Made by a program: the position numbers and the translations under genes. The notes beneath the pieces are model-generated. The model ran no database searches. It worked only from the letters and a program-made list of their open reading frames with translations, and was not told the DNA's origin. Source: Escherichia coli (GTDB lineage: Bacteria > Pseudomonadota > Gammaproteobacteria > Enterobacterales > Enterobacteriaceae). From it: a DNA stretch of 64,000 bases. The DNA lies in the NCBI RefSeq assembly GCF_030013205.1, contig NZ_CP122648.1, one strand, 5' to 3'. This document shows, piece by piece, positions 20,105 to 31,625 of this stretch (positions are counted from its first letter, which is position 1; every line of letters begins with the position of its first letter).

Positions 20105-21445
20105 ATGTTATTTACTATCCAACTTATCATAATACTGATATGTCTGTTTTATGGTGCCAGAAAGGGTGGTATCGCGCTGGGTTTATTAGGCGGTATCGGT
20201 CTGGTCATTCTGGTCTTCGTCTTCCACCTTCAGCCAGGTAAACCACCGGTTGATGTCATGCTGGTTATCATTGCGGTAGTGGCGGCATCGGCGACCTTGC
20301 AAGCTTCGGGCGGTCTTGATGTCATGCTGCAAATTGCCGAGAAGCTGCTGCGCCGCAACCCGAAATATGTCTCAATTGTCGCGCCGTTTGTGACCTGTAC
20401 GCTGACCATTCTTTGCGGTACGGGTCATGTGGTTTACACCATTCTGCCGATCATCTACGACGTCGCCATTAAGAACAACATCCGTCCGGAACGCCCGATG
20501 GCGGCAAGTTCTATCGGTGCACAGATGGGGATTATCGCCAGTCCGGTGTCGGTTGCAGTCGTGTCTCTGGTTGCGATGCTGGGTAATGTCACCTTTGATG
20601 GTCGCCATCTTGAGTTCCTCGACCTGCTGGCAATCACCATTCCATCGACGTTAATCGGTATCCTGGCGATCGGTATCTTCAGCTGGTTCCGCGGTAAAGA
20701 TCTGGATAAAGACGAAGAGTTCCAGAAATTCATCTCCGTACCGGAAAACCGTGAGTATGTTTACGGTGATACTGCGACGCTGCTGGATAAAAAACTGCCG
20801 AAAAGCAACTGGCTGGCAATGTGGATCTTCCTCGGGGCAATCGCTGTAGTCGCCCTTCTTGGTGCTGATTCGGACCTGCGTCCATCCTTCGGTGGCAAAC
20901 CGCTGTCGATGGTACTGGTTATTCAGATGTTTATGCTGCTGACCGGGGCGCTGATTATTATCCTGACCAAAACCAATCCCGCGTCTATCTCAAAAAACGA
21001 AGTCTTCCGTTCCGGTATGATCGCCATCGTGGCGGTGTACGGTATCGCATGGATGGCAGAAACCATGTTCGGTGCGCATATGTCTGAAATTCAGGGCGTA
21101 CTGGGCGAAATGGTGAAAGAGTATCCGTGGGCCTATGCCATTGTTCTGCTGCTGGTTTCCAAGTTTGTAAACTCTCAGGCTGCGGCGCTGGCGGCGATTG
21201 TTCCGGTCGCGCTGGCGATCGGCGTTGATCCGGCATACATCGTGGCTTCAGCACCGGCTTGCTACGGTTATTACATCCTGCCGACTTATCCGAGCGATCT
21301 GGCAGCGATTCAGTTTGACCGTTCCGGCACCACCCACATCGGTCGCTTCGTCATCAACCACAGCTTTATTCTGCCGGGGTTGATTGGTGTGAGCGTATCG
21401 TGCGTCTTCGGCTGGATCTTCGCCGCGATGTACGGGTTCTTATAA
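20105..21445 (+). CDS. dcuB: Anaerobic C4-dicarboxylate (fumarate/succinate) antiporter
   Basis: 446 aa polytopic membrane protein. Confidence 0.95.
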
Positions 21446-21455
21446 ATGCACTTTG

Positions 21456-21490
21456 CGTGCCGCCCGTGACTACGCGGCACGCCATTTTCG
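21456..21490 (+). terminator. Hairpin after dcuB
   Basis: gcgtgccgc / gcggcacgc stem then attttcg. Confidence 0.45.
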
Positions 21491-21522
21491 AATAACAAAT
21501 ACAGAGTTACAGGCTGGAAGCT

Positions 21523-23169
21523 ATGTCAAACAAACCCTTTATCTACCAGGCACCTTTCCCGATGGGGAAAGACAATACCGAATACTATCTACTCACTTCC
21601 GATTACGTTAGCGTTGCCGACTTCGACGGCGAAACCATTCTGAAAGTGGAACCAGAAGCCCTGACCCTGCTGGCGCAGCAAGCCTTTCACGACGCTTCTT
21701 TCATGCTCCGCCCGGCCCACCAGAAACAGGTCGCGGCTATTCTTCACGATCCAGAAGCCAGCGAAAACGACAAGTACGTGGCGCTGCAATTCTTAAGAAA
21801 CTCCGAAATCGCCGCCAAAGGCGTGCTGCCGACCTGCCAGGACACCGGCACTGCGATCATCGTCGGTAAAAAAGGCCAGCGCGTGTGGACCGGTGGCGGT
21901 GATGAAGAAGCGCTGTCGAAAGGCGTCTATAACACCTATATCGAAGATAACCTGCGCTATTCACAGAACGCGCCGCTGGACATGTATAAAGAGGTCAACA
22001 CCGGCACGAACCTGCCTGCGCAAATCGACCTGTACGCGGTAGATGGCGATGAGTACAAATTCCTTTGCGTTGCGAAAGGCGGCGGCTCTGCCAACAAAAC
22101 GTATCTCTACCAGGAAACCAAAGCCCTGCTGACTCCCGGCAAACTGAAAAACTTCCTCGTCGAGAAAATGCGTACCCTCGGTACTGCAGCCTGCCCGCCG
22201 TACCATATCGCGTTTGTGATTGGCGGTACGTCTGCGGAAACCAACCTGAAAACCGTCAAGTTAGCAAGCGCTCACTATTACGATGAACTGCCGACGGAAG
22301 GGAACGAACATGGTCAGGCGTTCCGCGATGTCCAGCTGGAACAGGAACTGCTGGAAGAGGCCCAGAAACTCGGTCTTGGCGCGCAGTTTGGTGGTAAATA
22401 CTTCGCGCACGACATTCGCGTTATCCGTCTGCCGCGTCACGGTGCATCCTGCCCGGTAGGCATGGGCGTCTCCTGCTCCGCTGACCGTAACATTAAAGCG
22501 AAAATCAACCGCGAAGGTATCTGGATCGAAAAACTGGAACACAATCCAGGCCAGTACATTCCACAAGAACTGCGTCAGGCCGGTGAAGGCGAAGCGGTGA
22601 AAGTCGACCTTAACCGCCCGATGAAAGAGATCCTCGCCCAGCTTTCGCAATATCCGGTTTCCACTCGTTTGTCGCTCACCGGCACCATTATTGTGGGTCG
22701 AGATATTGCACACGCCAAGCTGAAAGAGCTGATTGACTCCGGTAAAGAACTTCCGCAGTACATCAAAGATCACCCGATCTACTACGCGGGTCCGGCGAAA
22801 ACGCCTGCCGGTTATCCATCAGGTTCACTTGGCCCAACCACCGCAGGTCGTATGGACTCCTACGTGGATCTGCTGCAATCCCACGGCGGCAGCATGATCA
22901 TGCTGGCGAAAGGTAACCGCAGTCAGCAGGTTACCGACGCGTGTCATAAACACGGCGGCTTCTACCTCGGTAGCATCGGCGGTCCGGCGGCGGTACTGGC
23001 GCAGCAGAGCATCAAGCATCTGGAATGCGTCGCTTATCCGGAGCTGGGTATGGAAGCTATCTGGAAAATCGAAGTAGAAGATTTCCCGGCGTTTATCCTG
23101 GTCGATGACAAAGGCAACGACTTCTTCCAGCAAATCGTCAACAAACAGTGCGCGAACTGCACTAAGTAA
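21523..23169 (+). CDS. fumB: Class I fumarate hydratase, anaerobic
   Basis: 548 aa; Fe-S fumarase; C-terminal CANC motif. Confidence 0.95.
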   Translation: MSNKPFIYQAPFPMGKDNTEYYLLTSDYVSVADFDGETILKVEPEALTLLAQQAFHDASFMLRPAHQKQVAAILHDPEASENDKYVALQFLRNSEIAAKGVLPTCQDTGTAIIVGKKGQRVWTGGGDEEALSKGVYNTYIEDNLRYSQNAPLDMYKEVNTGTNLPAQIDLYAVDGDEYKFLCVAKGGGSANKTYLYQETKALLTPGKLKNFLVEKMRTLGTAACPPYHIAFVIGGTSAETNLKTVKLASAHYYDELPTEGNEHGQAFRDVQLEQELLEEAQKLGLGAQFGGKYFAHDIRVIRLPRHGASCPVGMGVSCSADRNIKAKINREGIWIEKLEHNPGQYIPQELRQAGEGEAVKVDLNRPMKEILAQLSQYPVSTRLSLTGTIIVGRDIAHAKLKELIDSGKELPQYIKDHPIYYAGPAKTPAGYPSGSLGPTTAGRMDSYVDLLQSHGGSMIMLAKGNRSQQVTDACHKHGGFYLGSIGGPAAVLAQQSIKHLECVAYPELGMEAIWKIEVEDFPAFILVDDKGNDFFQQIVNKQCANCTK

Positions 23170-23291
23170 CCTCTTCGGCCCAGCGCCTGGCAGCATGCTG
23201 CCAGGTGATCCCCCTGGGCCACCTCTTTTGCGATTGTAATTTCACGCTTGCTGGTGAATAGTCAGTATTTTCCCTGACTTGCGAACTCACC

Positions 23292-23942
23292 ATGACCCGC
23301 ACACTCAAGCCGTTAATTCTTAACACCGGCGCACTGGCGCTAACGTTAATCCTGATTTATACCGGCATTTCGGCCCGTGACAAACTCACCTGGCTGATGG
23401 AAGTGACACCGGTGATTATTGTCGTGCCGCTACTGCTTGCCACCGCTAAACGTTATCCGTTAACGCCGCTGCTCTATACGCTCATTTTCTTTCACGCCAT
23501 CATCCTGATGGTCGGCGGACAATACACCTACGCGAAAGTCCCCGTTGGTTTTGAGGTGCAGGAATGGCTGGGGTTGAGCCGTAATCCGTATGACAAACTG
23601 GGGCATTTTTTCCAGGGGCTGGTGCCTGCACTGGTGGCACGAGAGATCCTTGTGCGCGGGATGTACGTTCGCGGACATAAGATGGTGGTGTTTCTGGTCT
23701 GCTGCGTGGCGCTGGCGATAAGCGCGATGTATGAATTAATCGAGTGGTGGGCGGCGCTGGCAATGGGCCAGGGAGCGGATGATTTTCTCGGCACCCAGGG
23801 CGACCAGTGGGACACGCAATCCGATATGTTCTGCGCGCTGCTTGGCGCATTAACGACGGTGATATTCCTCGCTCGCTTTCATTGCCGCCAGCTACGGCGC
23901 TTTGGCTTAATCACCAGAGCGCCGGAAGCGATTACCCCTTAA
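23292..23942 (+). CDS. yjdF: Inner membrane protein YjdF, with a C-terminal tail that may differ from K-12
   Basis: 216-codon ORF; I recall K-12 YjdF as 209 aa; stop codon overlaps melA stop. Confidence 0.8.
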   Translation: MTRTLKPLILNTGALALTLILIYTGISARDKLTWLMEVTPVIIVVPLLLATAKRYPLTPLLYTLIFFHAIILMVGGQYTYAKVPVGFEVQEWLGLSRNPYDKLGHFFQGLVPALVAREILVRGMYVRGHKMVVFLVCCVALAISAMYELIEWWAALAMGQGADDFLGTQGDQWDTQSDMFCALLGALTTVIFLARFHCRQLRRFGLITRAPEAITP

Positions 23943-25294
23943 CGGTGCAACCAGCCAGGCAGCCAGTCGCCGTGGGCAGCAATCAAGTCGTCAACAAGAG
24001 CATATATTTCGTCAATGCCCAGCACGGCGGCAGTATGCGGGTCCATCATCGCGGCGTGGTAAACACGGTCGCGATTTTCCGTAAGAATGGCTTCGGTCAG
24101 CAGCGTCTGTACGTTGATGTTGGTTTGCATCAGGGCGGCCAGATGCGAAGGTAGCGTACCGACTTTGGTCGGCTGAATGCCATTAGCATCAACCAGACAG
24201 GCCACTTCCACACAACATCCTTGTGGCAGGTTATCAATCAATCCATCGTTACGGACGTTGCCGTAAATCACACTCGGCTCGCCAGTCCAGATAGCGTTCA
24301 TGATTGTGCTGGCATATTCCCGTGACGGTTTAATATCAATCCGGGAGGCGTTTTTATACTCCTCCAGCTCTTTATGCCAGTTCGCCAGCTGCTCGACGCA
24401 GCGTTTCGGGTACTCATCCAGCGGTACTTTATAACGCTCAATCAAATCCTCACGACCTGGCTTAATAAACCACGGTGTGTACTCAGCAAAATGTTCTGAC
24501 GATTCCGTGACGAAGTAGCCCAGCTTTTTGAACATTTCGTAGCGCACAATATTCTGGCAGCGAGTATTGCCATGAATATTCGGCTTCGGTGCCTGCCCTG
24601 CTTCATAAGCCGCCAGCAGTTCCGGGTAGAGATTCACGTAACTGCCGTCGGCGGTTTTGCGCTCCAGTTCCAGGTAAAACGCCATATGGTTGATACCTGC
24701 ACAACGGTAACGCAGCGTAGACGGGTCGATATTGAGGTCACGCGCCAGCTCTTCCGCCGTTCCCTGCACCGAATGGCACAGCCCTACCTGTTTGATATGC
24801 GGATAGCGGGCATACATCGCCCAGGTATTCATCGCCATTGGGTTAACATAGTTGAGCATGGTGGCATCGGGGCAGACTTCCGTCATGTCCTCGCAAATTT
24901 GCCACAGATGCGGAATGGTACGTAGCGCGCGCATAATACCGCCCGGCCCCAACGTATCGGCAATGGTTTGTTCCAGACCATGCCGCTTACAGACCTCGAA
25001 ATCAGTCACCGTGCAAGGTTCATAACCGCCAATCTGAAATGCCACCACGACAAAATCAGCATCCTGTAAGGCTTCTTTCTGTTGGGTGTGGCAGGTGATT
25101 TTGCCGCTGGCCCCTGCTGAATCCATCAGCTTACGCACCACAATGTGCGACTCTTCCAGGCGGGTGGGATCAATGTCCATCAGGGCAATATGCGCCGTTT
25201 TCAGCGCCTCGCGATGGAACACATCACCAAGAATATTTTTAACGAAAATCGTCGAACCAGCGCCGATAAATGTAATTTTGGGTGCAGACATCAT
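23939..25294 (-). CDS. melA: Alpha-galactosidase (melibiase)
   Basis: 451 aa MMSAPKITFIGAGS... ending GWLHR; NAD-binding GxGS motif. Confidence 0.95.
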   Translation of the reverse strand: MMSAPKITFIGAGSTIFVKNILGDVFHREALKTAHIALMDIDPTRLEESHIVVRKLMDSAGASGKITCHTQQKEALQDADFVVVAFQIGGYEPCTVTDFEVCKRHGLEQTIADTLGPGGIMRALRTIPHLWQICEDMTEVCPDATMLNYVNPMAMNTWAMYARYPHIKQVGLCHSVQGTAEELARDLNIDPSTLRYRCAGINHMAFYLELERKTADGSYVNLYPELLAAYEAGQAPKPNIHGNTRCQNIVRYEMFKKLGYFVTESSEHFAEYTPWFIKPGREDLIERYKVPLDEYPKRCVEQLANWHKELEEYKNASRIDIKPSREYASTIMNAIWTGEPSVIYGNVRNDGLIDNLPQGCCVEVACLVDANGIQPTKVGTLPSHLAALMQTNINVQTLLTEAILTENRDRVYHAAMMDPHTAAVLGIDEIYALVDDLIAAHGDWLPGWLHR

Positions 25295-25372
25295 GCAGAT
25301 CTCCTGGCTTGCTTGAATAACTTCATCATGGCAGGCGAATCTGCAGAAAACCTCCGGCTTCCAGGTTGAGCA

Positions 25373-25426
25373 TTCCCATAAACTCAGATCCTACGTGAAG
25401 CAGCAGTAAATCTGAGTTTATGGGAA
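25373..25426. promoter_or_regulatory. Inverted pair of MelR-type binding sites in the melR-melA divergent promoter
   Basis: ttcccataaactcagatc (25373-25390) and its inverted copy atctgagtttatgggaa (25410-25426). Confidence 0.6.
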
Positions 25427-25576
25427 TAAATTACCTGAAAAGCAGAGTTTTCGGCCTCAGAATGCTCGGACGGTCCCCTCGCCTCTCTGGGAAGAGAGTG
25501 AAAACCGTGCTCCCACTCGCAGTCATCCTCCCTCACTCCTGCCATAATTCTGATATTCCAGGAAAGAGAGCCATCC

Positions 25577-26485
25577 ATGAATAAAGATACGTTTATGTGC
25601 AGTAGCGACGAAAAACAGACCCGCAGCCCGCTATCGCTGTATTCGGAATACCAGCGGATGGAGATTGAGTTTCGCGCACCGCATATCATGCCCACCAGCC
25701 ACTGGCATGGTCAGGTCGAAGTGAATGTGCCTTTCGATGGCGATGTGGAATACCTGATCAACAATGAAAAAGTGAATATCAATCAGGGTCATATCACGCT
25801 GTTCTGGGCCTGTACACCGCACCAACTAACAGATACCGGAACCTGTCAGAGCATGGCGATTTTTAATCTGCCGATGCATCTGTTTCTCTCCTGGCCGCTG
25901 GATAAAGACCTGATTAACCACGTCACTCACGGTATGGTGATCAAATCACTGGCGACACAGCAACTTAGCCCGTTTGAAGTGCGCCGCTGGCAGCAGGAAT
26001 TGAACAGTCCGAACGAGCAAATTCGCCAGCTCGCCATTGATGAAATTGGCCTGATGCTCAAGCGATTTAGCCTCTCTGGCTGGGAACCGATTCTGGTCAA
26101 TAAAACCTCGCGCACACACAAAAACAGCGTCTCGCGCCATGCGCAATTTTATGTCAGCCAGATGCTGGGCTTTATTGCCGAAAACTATGATCAGGCGCTG
26201 ACCATCAACGATGTGGCTGAGCACGTCAAACTTAACGCCAACTATGCAATGGGGATATTCCAGCGGGTCATGCAATTGACGATGAAACAGTACATAACCG
26301 CGATGCGCATCAACCACGTTCGCGCGTTACTGAGCGATACCGATAAAAGTATTCTCGATATTGCCCTGACGGCAGGCTTTCGTTCAAGTAGTCGTTTTTA
26401 CAGCACGTTCGGCAAATATGTCGGCATGTCGCCGCAACAATACCGCAAACTTAGCCAACAGCGCCGCCAGACGTTTCCCGGCTAA
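25577..26485 (+). CDS. melR: Melibiose operon AraC-family activator
   Basis: 302 aa; C-terminal AraC-type HTH. Confidence 0.95.
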   Translation: MNKDTFMCSSDEKQTRSPLSLYSEYQRMEIEFRAPHIMPTSHWHGQVEVNVPFDGDVEYLINNEKVNINQGHITLFWACTPHQLTDTGTCQSMAIFNLPMHLFLSWPLDKDLINHVTHGMVIKSLATQQLSPFEVRRWQQELNSPNEQIRQLAIDEIGLMLKRFSLSGWEPILVNKTSRTHKNSVSRHAQFYVSQMLGFIAENYDQALTINDVAEHVKLNANYAMGIFQRVMQLTMKQYITAMRINHVRALLSDTDKSILDIALTAGFRSSSRFYSTFGKYVGMSPQQYRKLSQQRRQTFPG

Positions 26486-26680
26486 AGACGATATCAGTAT
26501 CAGCCAAAAAAATAGTTTAGCCGTCGATAATAAGCAGTGAGAATAATTTAAAATAATCACATAACCTATTGTTTATAAAAACAAATATTTTAAAAATGTT
26601 TGTTTTTCACGCGCTTTACAGCCCGAAAAGGCCGGAAGATACTTGCCCGCAACGAAGATTCCTTCATAACCGGGTAAGCA

Positions 26681-28951
26681 ATGATGAAAGTATTAATTGT
26701 TGAAAGCGAGTTTCTCCATCAAGACACCTGGGTCGGTAACGCCGTTGAGCGTCTGGCTGATGCTTTAAGCCAGCAAAATGTTACCGTGATTAAATCCACC
26801 TCCTTTGATGATGGTTTTGCCATTCTCTCTTCAAACGAAGCCATTGACTGCCTGATGTTCAGCTATCAAATGGAACATCCGGACGAACATCAAAACGTCA
26901 GACAATTGATCGGTAAGCTTCATGAGCGCCAACAAAACGTGCCGGTCTTCCTGTTGGGCGATCGGGAAAAAGCCCTCGCCGCAATGGACCGGGATCTGCT
27001 GGAGCTTGTCGATGAATTCGCCTGGATTCTGGAAGATACCGCCGACTTTATCGCCGGACGCGCCGTTGCCGCGATGACCCGCTACCGCCAGCAACTGTTA
27101 CCGCCACTGTTCAGCGCGCTGATGAAATATAGCGACATCCATGAATATTCCTGGGCAGCGCCAGGCCACCAGGGTGGCGTTGGTTTTACCAAAACACCCG
27201 CCGGACGTTTCTACCATGACTACTATGGTGAAAACCTGTTCCGCACCGACATGGGCATCGAACGAACTTCCCTCGGTTCTTTGCTTGACCATACTGGCGC
27301 ATTTGGCGAAAGCGAAAAATATGCCGCACGCGTATTTGGTGCCGATCGCTCCTGGTCGGTAGTCGTCGGTACTTCCGGCTCTAACCGCACCATCATGCAG
27401 GCTTGCATGACCGATAACGATGTCGTGGTCGTTGACCGTAACTGCCATAAATCCATCGAACAAGGCTTGATGCTGACAGGCGCGAAACCGGTCTACATGG
27501 TGCCAAGCCGCAACCGCTACGGCATTATCGGGCCAATCTATCCGCAGGAAATGCAACCTGAAACCTTGCAGAAGAAAATCAGTGAAAGCCCGCTGACCAA
27601 AGACAAAGCCGGGCAAAAACCGTCTTACTGCGTGGTGACCAACTGTACCTATGACGGCGTGTGTTATAACGCGAAAGAAGCGCAGGATCTGCTGAAAAAA
27701 ACCTCCGATCGTCTGCACTTTGACGAAGCCTGGTACGGCTATGCACGTTTCAACCCGATCTATGCCGATCACTATGCCATGCGCGGCGAACCTGGCGATC
27801 ACAACGGTCCTACCGTTTTCGCCACCCACTCCACCCACAAACTGCTGAATGCACTGTCACAGGCCTCTTATATTCATGTACGTGAAGGTCGTGGGGCGAT
27901 TAACTTCTCCCGCTTCAACCAGGCCTACATGATGCATGCCACCACCTCCCCGCTGTATGCCATCTGCGCATCCAACGACGTGGCAGTGTCGATGATGGAC
28001 GGCAACAGCGGCCTGTCACTGACGCAGGAAGTGATCGACGAAGCGGTTGATTTCCGTCAGGCGATGGCGCGGCTGTATAAAGAGTTCACCGCTGACGGTA
28101 GCTGGTTCTTCAAACCGTGGAACAAAGAAGTCGTCACCGACCCACAAACCGGCAAAACCTATGACTTTGCTGACGCACCAACTAAACTGCTGACCACCGT
28201 TCAGGACTGCTGGGTCATGCATCCGGGCGAAAGCTGGCACGGCTTCAAAGATATTCCGGATAACTGGAGTATGCTCGACCCGATTAAAGTCAGCATCCTT
28301 GCTCCGGGAATGGGTGAAGATGGTGAACTGGAAGAAACCGGTGTTCCGGCGGCGCTGGTCACAGCCTGGCTTGGTCGCCACGGCATTGTGCCTACCCGTA
28401 CCACTGACTTCCAGATTATGTTCCTGTTCTCTATGGGCGTGACCCGTGGGAAATGGGGGACTCTGGTTAACACCCTTTGCTCCTTCAAACGCCACTATGA
28501 CGCCAACACCCCGCTGGCGCAGGTGATGCCGGAACTTGTTGAACAATATCCTGACACTTACGCGAACATGGGGATTCACGATCTGGGTGACACCATGTTT
28601 GCCTGGCTGAAAGAAAACAACCCTGGCGCACGGTTGAACGAAGCCTATTCCGGCCTGCCGGTGGCGGAAATCACCCCACGTGAAGCGTACAACGCGATTG
28701 TCGACAACAATGTCGAACTGGTATCCATTGAAAATCTGCCAGGACGCATCGCGGCAAACTCAGTTATCCCGTATCCGCCAGGAATCCCGATGCTGCTGTC
28801 TGGTGAAAACTTCGGCGATAAAAACAGTCCGCAAGTAAGTTATTTACGCTCGCTGCAATCCTGGGACCATCATTTCCCTGGGTTTGAACACGAAACAGAA
28901 GGGACAGAAATTATTGACGGTATTTACCACGTTATGTGTGTGAAAGCGTAA
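26681..28951 (+). CDS. adiA: Biodegradative arginine decarboxylase
   Basis: About 755 aa (start at 26681 or 26684); fold-type I PLP decarboxylase; paralogue of cadA. Confidence 0.95.
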   Translation: MMKVLIVESEFLHQDTWVGNAVERLADALSQQNVTVIKSTSFDDGFAILSSNEAIDCLMFSYQMEHPDEHQNVRQLIGKLHERQQNVPVFLLGDREKALAAMDRDLLELVDEFAWILEDTADFIAGRAVAAMTRYRQQLLPPLFSALMKYSDIHEYSWAAPGHQGGVGFTKTPAGRFYHDYYGENLFRTDMGIERTSLGSLLDHTGAFGESEKYAARVFGADRSWSVVVGTSGSNRTIMQACMTDNDVVVVDRNCHKSIEQGLMLTGAKPVYMVPSRNRYGIIGPIYPQEMQPETLQKKISESPLTKDKAGQKPSYCVVTNCTYDGVCYNAKEAQDLLKKTSDRLHFDEAWYGYARFNPIYADHYAMRGEPGDHNGPTVFATHSTHKLLNALSQASYIHVREGRGAINFSRFNQAYMMHATTSPLYAICASNDVAVSMMDGNSGLSLTQEVIDEAVDFRQAMARLYKEFTADGSWFFKPWNKEVVTDPQTGKTYDFADAPTKLLTTVQDCWVMHPGESWHGFKDIPDNWSMLDPIKVSILAPGMGEDGELEETGVPAALVTAWLGRHGIVPTRTTDFQIMFLFSMGVTRGKWGTLVNTLCSFKRHYDANTPLAQVMPELVEQYPDTYANMGIHDLGDTMFAWLKENNPGARLNEAYSGLPVAEITPREAYNAIVDNNVELVSIENLPGRIAANSVIPYPPGIPMLLSGENFGDKNSPQVSYLRSLQSWDHHFPGFEHETEGTEIIDGIYHVMCVKA

Positions 28952-29068
28952 CCACTATTCCGCTGAAGGCGTAATTGTTAAATAACATTACGCCGCCTGG
29001 CTTAAGGCCTTTTAAGTATGGCAACGTTTTCATAAAAATTGCTGCAAACAAAAAATGTCATGCTTTTT

Positions 29069-29096
29069 GCGCGGTCCCACCCCGCGCTTTTTTTTG
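29069..29096 (+). terminator. Rho-independent terminator after adiA
   Basis: gcgcgg / ccgcgc hairpin followed by ttttttttt. Confidence 0.7.
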
Positions 29097-29286
29097 CCTG
29101 TTATTTATCCTTTTTTTAGCCTGTAAAAAAATATGTACATGAGAAATTACTATAAAAATTTGTAATATTAGTAAAACTCGTTATTTTTATGCATGTTTAT
29201 ATTCATCATACAATTATATAACCATTTCCCGGTATCGCTTTGCTTTAGCGAGAACTGGTCTTTTATTCGCACTCAGGAGTACATGT

Positions 29287-30048
29287 ATGAGGATTTGCAG
29301 CGACCAACCTTGTATTGTTTTATTGACTGAAAAAGATGTCTGGATAAGGGTGAATGGGAAAGAACCTATTAGCCTTAAAGCTAACCATATGGCGTTATTA
29401 AATTGTGAAAATAATATTATCGACGTCTCCTCTCTTAATAACACTTTGGTTGCTCATATTAGTCACGACATCATCAAAGATTACCTCCGGTTTCTGAATA
29501 AAGATCTCTCGCAAATACCAGTATGGCAACGTAGCGCTACGCCCATCCTCACTCTGCCATGCCTGACGCCAGACGTCTTTCGCGTTGCCGCGCAACACAG
29601 CATGATGCCCGCTGAAACTGAGTCAGAAAAGGAACGAACACGTGCATTATTATTCACTGTGCTATCCCGTTTTCTCGACAGTAAAAAATTCCTTTCACTA
29701 ATGATGTATATGTTACGTAATTGTGTAAGTGACAGCGTTTATCAAATTATTGAAAGCGATATCCACAAAGACTGGAATCTTAGTATGGTAGCCAGTTGTT
29801 TATGTCTTAGCCCGAGTCTGTTAAAGAAAAAGCTGAAAAGCGAAAACACCAGTTATAGCCAAATAATCACCACCTGCCGCATGCGTTATGCCGTAAATGA
29901 ATTAATGATGGACGGTAAAAATATCTCTCAGGTATCACAGTCCTGCGGCTACAACAGTACGTCGTACTTTATTTCTGTCTTTAAAGACTTCTACGGTATG
30001 ACGCCTCTGCATTATGTTAGTCAGCACAGAGAACGCACTGTCGCCTGA
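29287..30048 (+). CDS. adiY: AraC-family regulator of the adi system
   Basis: 253 aa; C-terminal AraC HTH. Confidence 0.9.
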   Translation: MRICSDQPCIVLLTEKDVWIRVNGKEPISLKANHMALLNCENNIIDVSSLNNTLVAHISHDIIKDYLRFLNKDLSQIPVWQRSATPILTLPCLTPDVFRVAAQHSMMPAETESEKERTRALLFTVLSRFLDSKKFLSLMMYMLRNCVSDSVYQIIESDIHKDWNLSMVASCLCLSPSLLKKKLKSENTSYSQIITTCRMRYAVNELMMDGKNISQVSQSCGYNSTSYFISVFKDFYGMTPLHYVSQHRERTVA

Positions 30049-30184
30049 TTTTTAACCTTAACGAAGAGCTATATTAATAACGGCATCAGCGATAACCTGG
30101 TCGATAATAATTCAACTATCGAATGCAGGCGTATGATATGACGTAATTTATTGTCACGAAGCTCGCCTTCGCAGGAGTTTAATT

Positions 30185-31522
30185 ATGTCTTCGGATGCTG
30201 ATGCTCACAAAGTGGGCTTAATCCCCGTCACCCTGATGGTGTCGGGGAATATTATGGGGTCAGGTGTTTTTCTGTTACCTGCAAACCTGGCCTCCACTGG
30301 CGGGATTGCCATTTATGGATGGTTGGTGACGATTATCGGTGCGCTGGGGCTCTCGATGGTATACGCCAAAATGTCGTTCCTCGACCCAAGTCCTGGTGGT
30401 TCTTACGCTTACGCCCGCCGCTGCTTTGGCCCGTTTCTCGGTTATCAAACCAACGTCCTCTATTGGCTGGCCTGCTGGATCGGCAATATCGCCATGGTGG
30501 TCATTGGCGTAGGTTATTTAAGTTACTTCTTCCCGATTCTGAAAGATCCATTGGTATTAACCATCACCTGCGTCGTGGTGCTGTGGATCTTCGTCCTGCT
30601 GAATATTGTCGGTCCGAAAATGATCACCCGCGTGCAGGCCGTTGCCACCGTGCTGGCGCTGATCCCCATCGTCGGGATTGCCGTATTTGGCTGGTTCTGG
30701 TTCCGTGGTGAAACCTATATGGCGGCATGGAACGTCAGCGGCCTGGGCACCTTCGGCGCGATTCAAAGTACCCTTAACGTTACGCTGTGGTCGTTCATCG
30801 GTGTGGAAAGTGCCTCCGTTGCCGCAGGTGTGGTGAAAAACCCGAAACGCAACGTCCCTATAGCCACCATTGGTGGGGTATTGATTGCCGCCGTTTGCTA
30901 TGTGCTCTCCACCACCGCGATTATGGGGATGATCCCTAATGCCGCACTGCGCGTTTCTGCCTCGCCATTCGGTGATGCCGCACGGATGGCGTTGGGTGAC
31001 ACCGCCGGGGCCATTGTTTCCTTCTGCGCAGCTGCGGGTTGCTTAGGTTCACTGGGCGGCTGGACATTGCTGGCGGGTCAAACGGCGAAAGCCGCTGCCG
31101 ATGACGGACTGTTCCCACCAATTTTTGCCCGTGTTAATAAAGCGGGTACACCAGTGGCGGGGCTGATTATCGTCGGTATTTTGATGACCATCTTCCAGCT
31201 CAGCAGCATTTCACCAAACGCGACCAAAGAGTTCGGTCTGGTTTCTTCCGTCTCGGTCATCTTTACACTGGTGCCATATCTTTACACCTGTGCGGCGTTA
31301 CTGCTGCTCGGCCACGGTCACTTTGGTAAAGCACGCCCGGCATATCTGGCAGTTACTACCATTGCCTTCCTCTACTGCATCTGGGCCGTGGTGGGGTCCG
31401 GGGCGAAAGAGGTTATGTGGTCATTTGTCACCCTGATGGTCATCACCGCCATGTATGCGCTGAATTACAACCGGCTGCATAAAAACCCGTATCCCTTAGA
31501 TGCACCAATAAGCAAAGATTAA
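30185..31522 (+). CDS. adiC: Arginine/agmatine antiporter
   Basis: 445 aa APC family; paralogue of cadB. Confidence 0.95.
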
Positions 31523-31545
31523 TTCCCCTTAATCCAGCAAACATA

Positions 31546-31587
31546 AAAGCCAACCTTAAGAACTTAAGGTTGGCTTAATTTTGCTTT
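31546..31587 (+). terminator. Terminator after adiC
   Basis: aaagccaaccttaag / cttaaggttggcttt stem then aattttgcttt. Confidence 0.65.
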
Positions 31588-31625
31588 GCGAGCATATGCG
31601 CACTTTGTTCGATGGAAACACCGTG

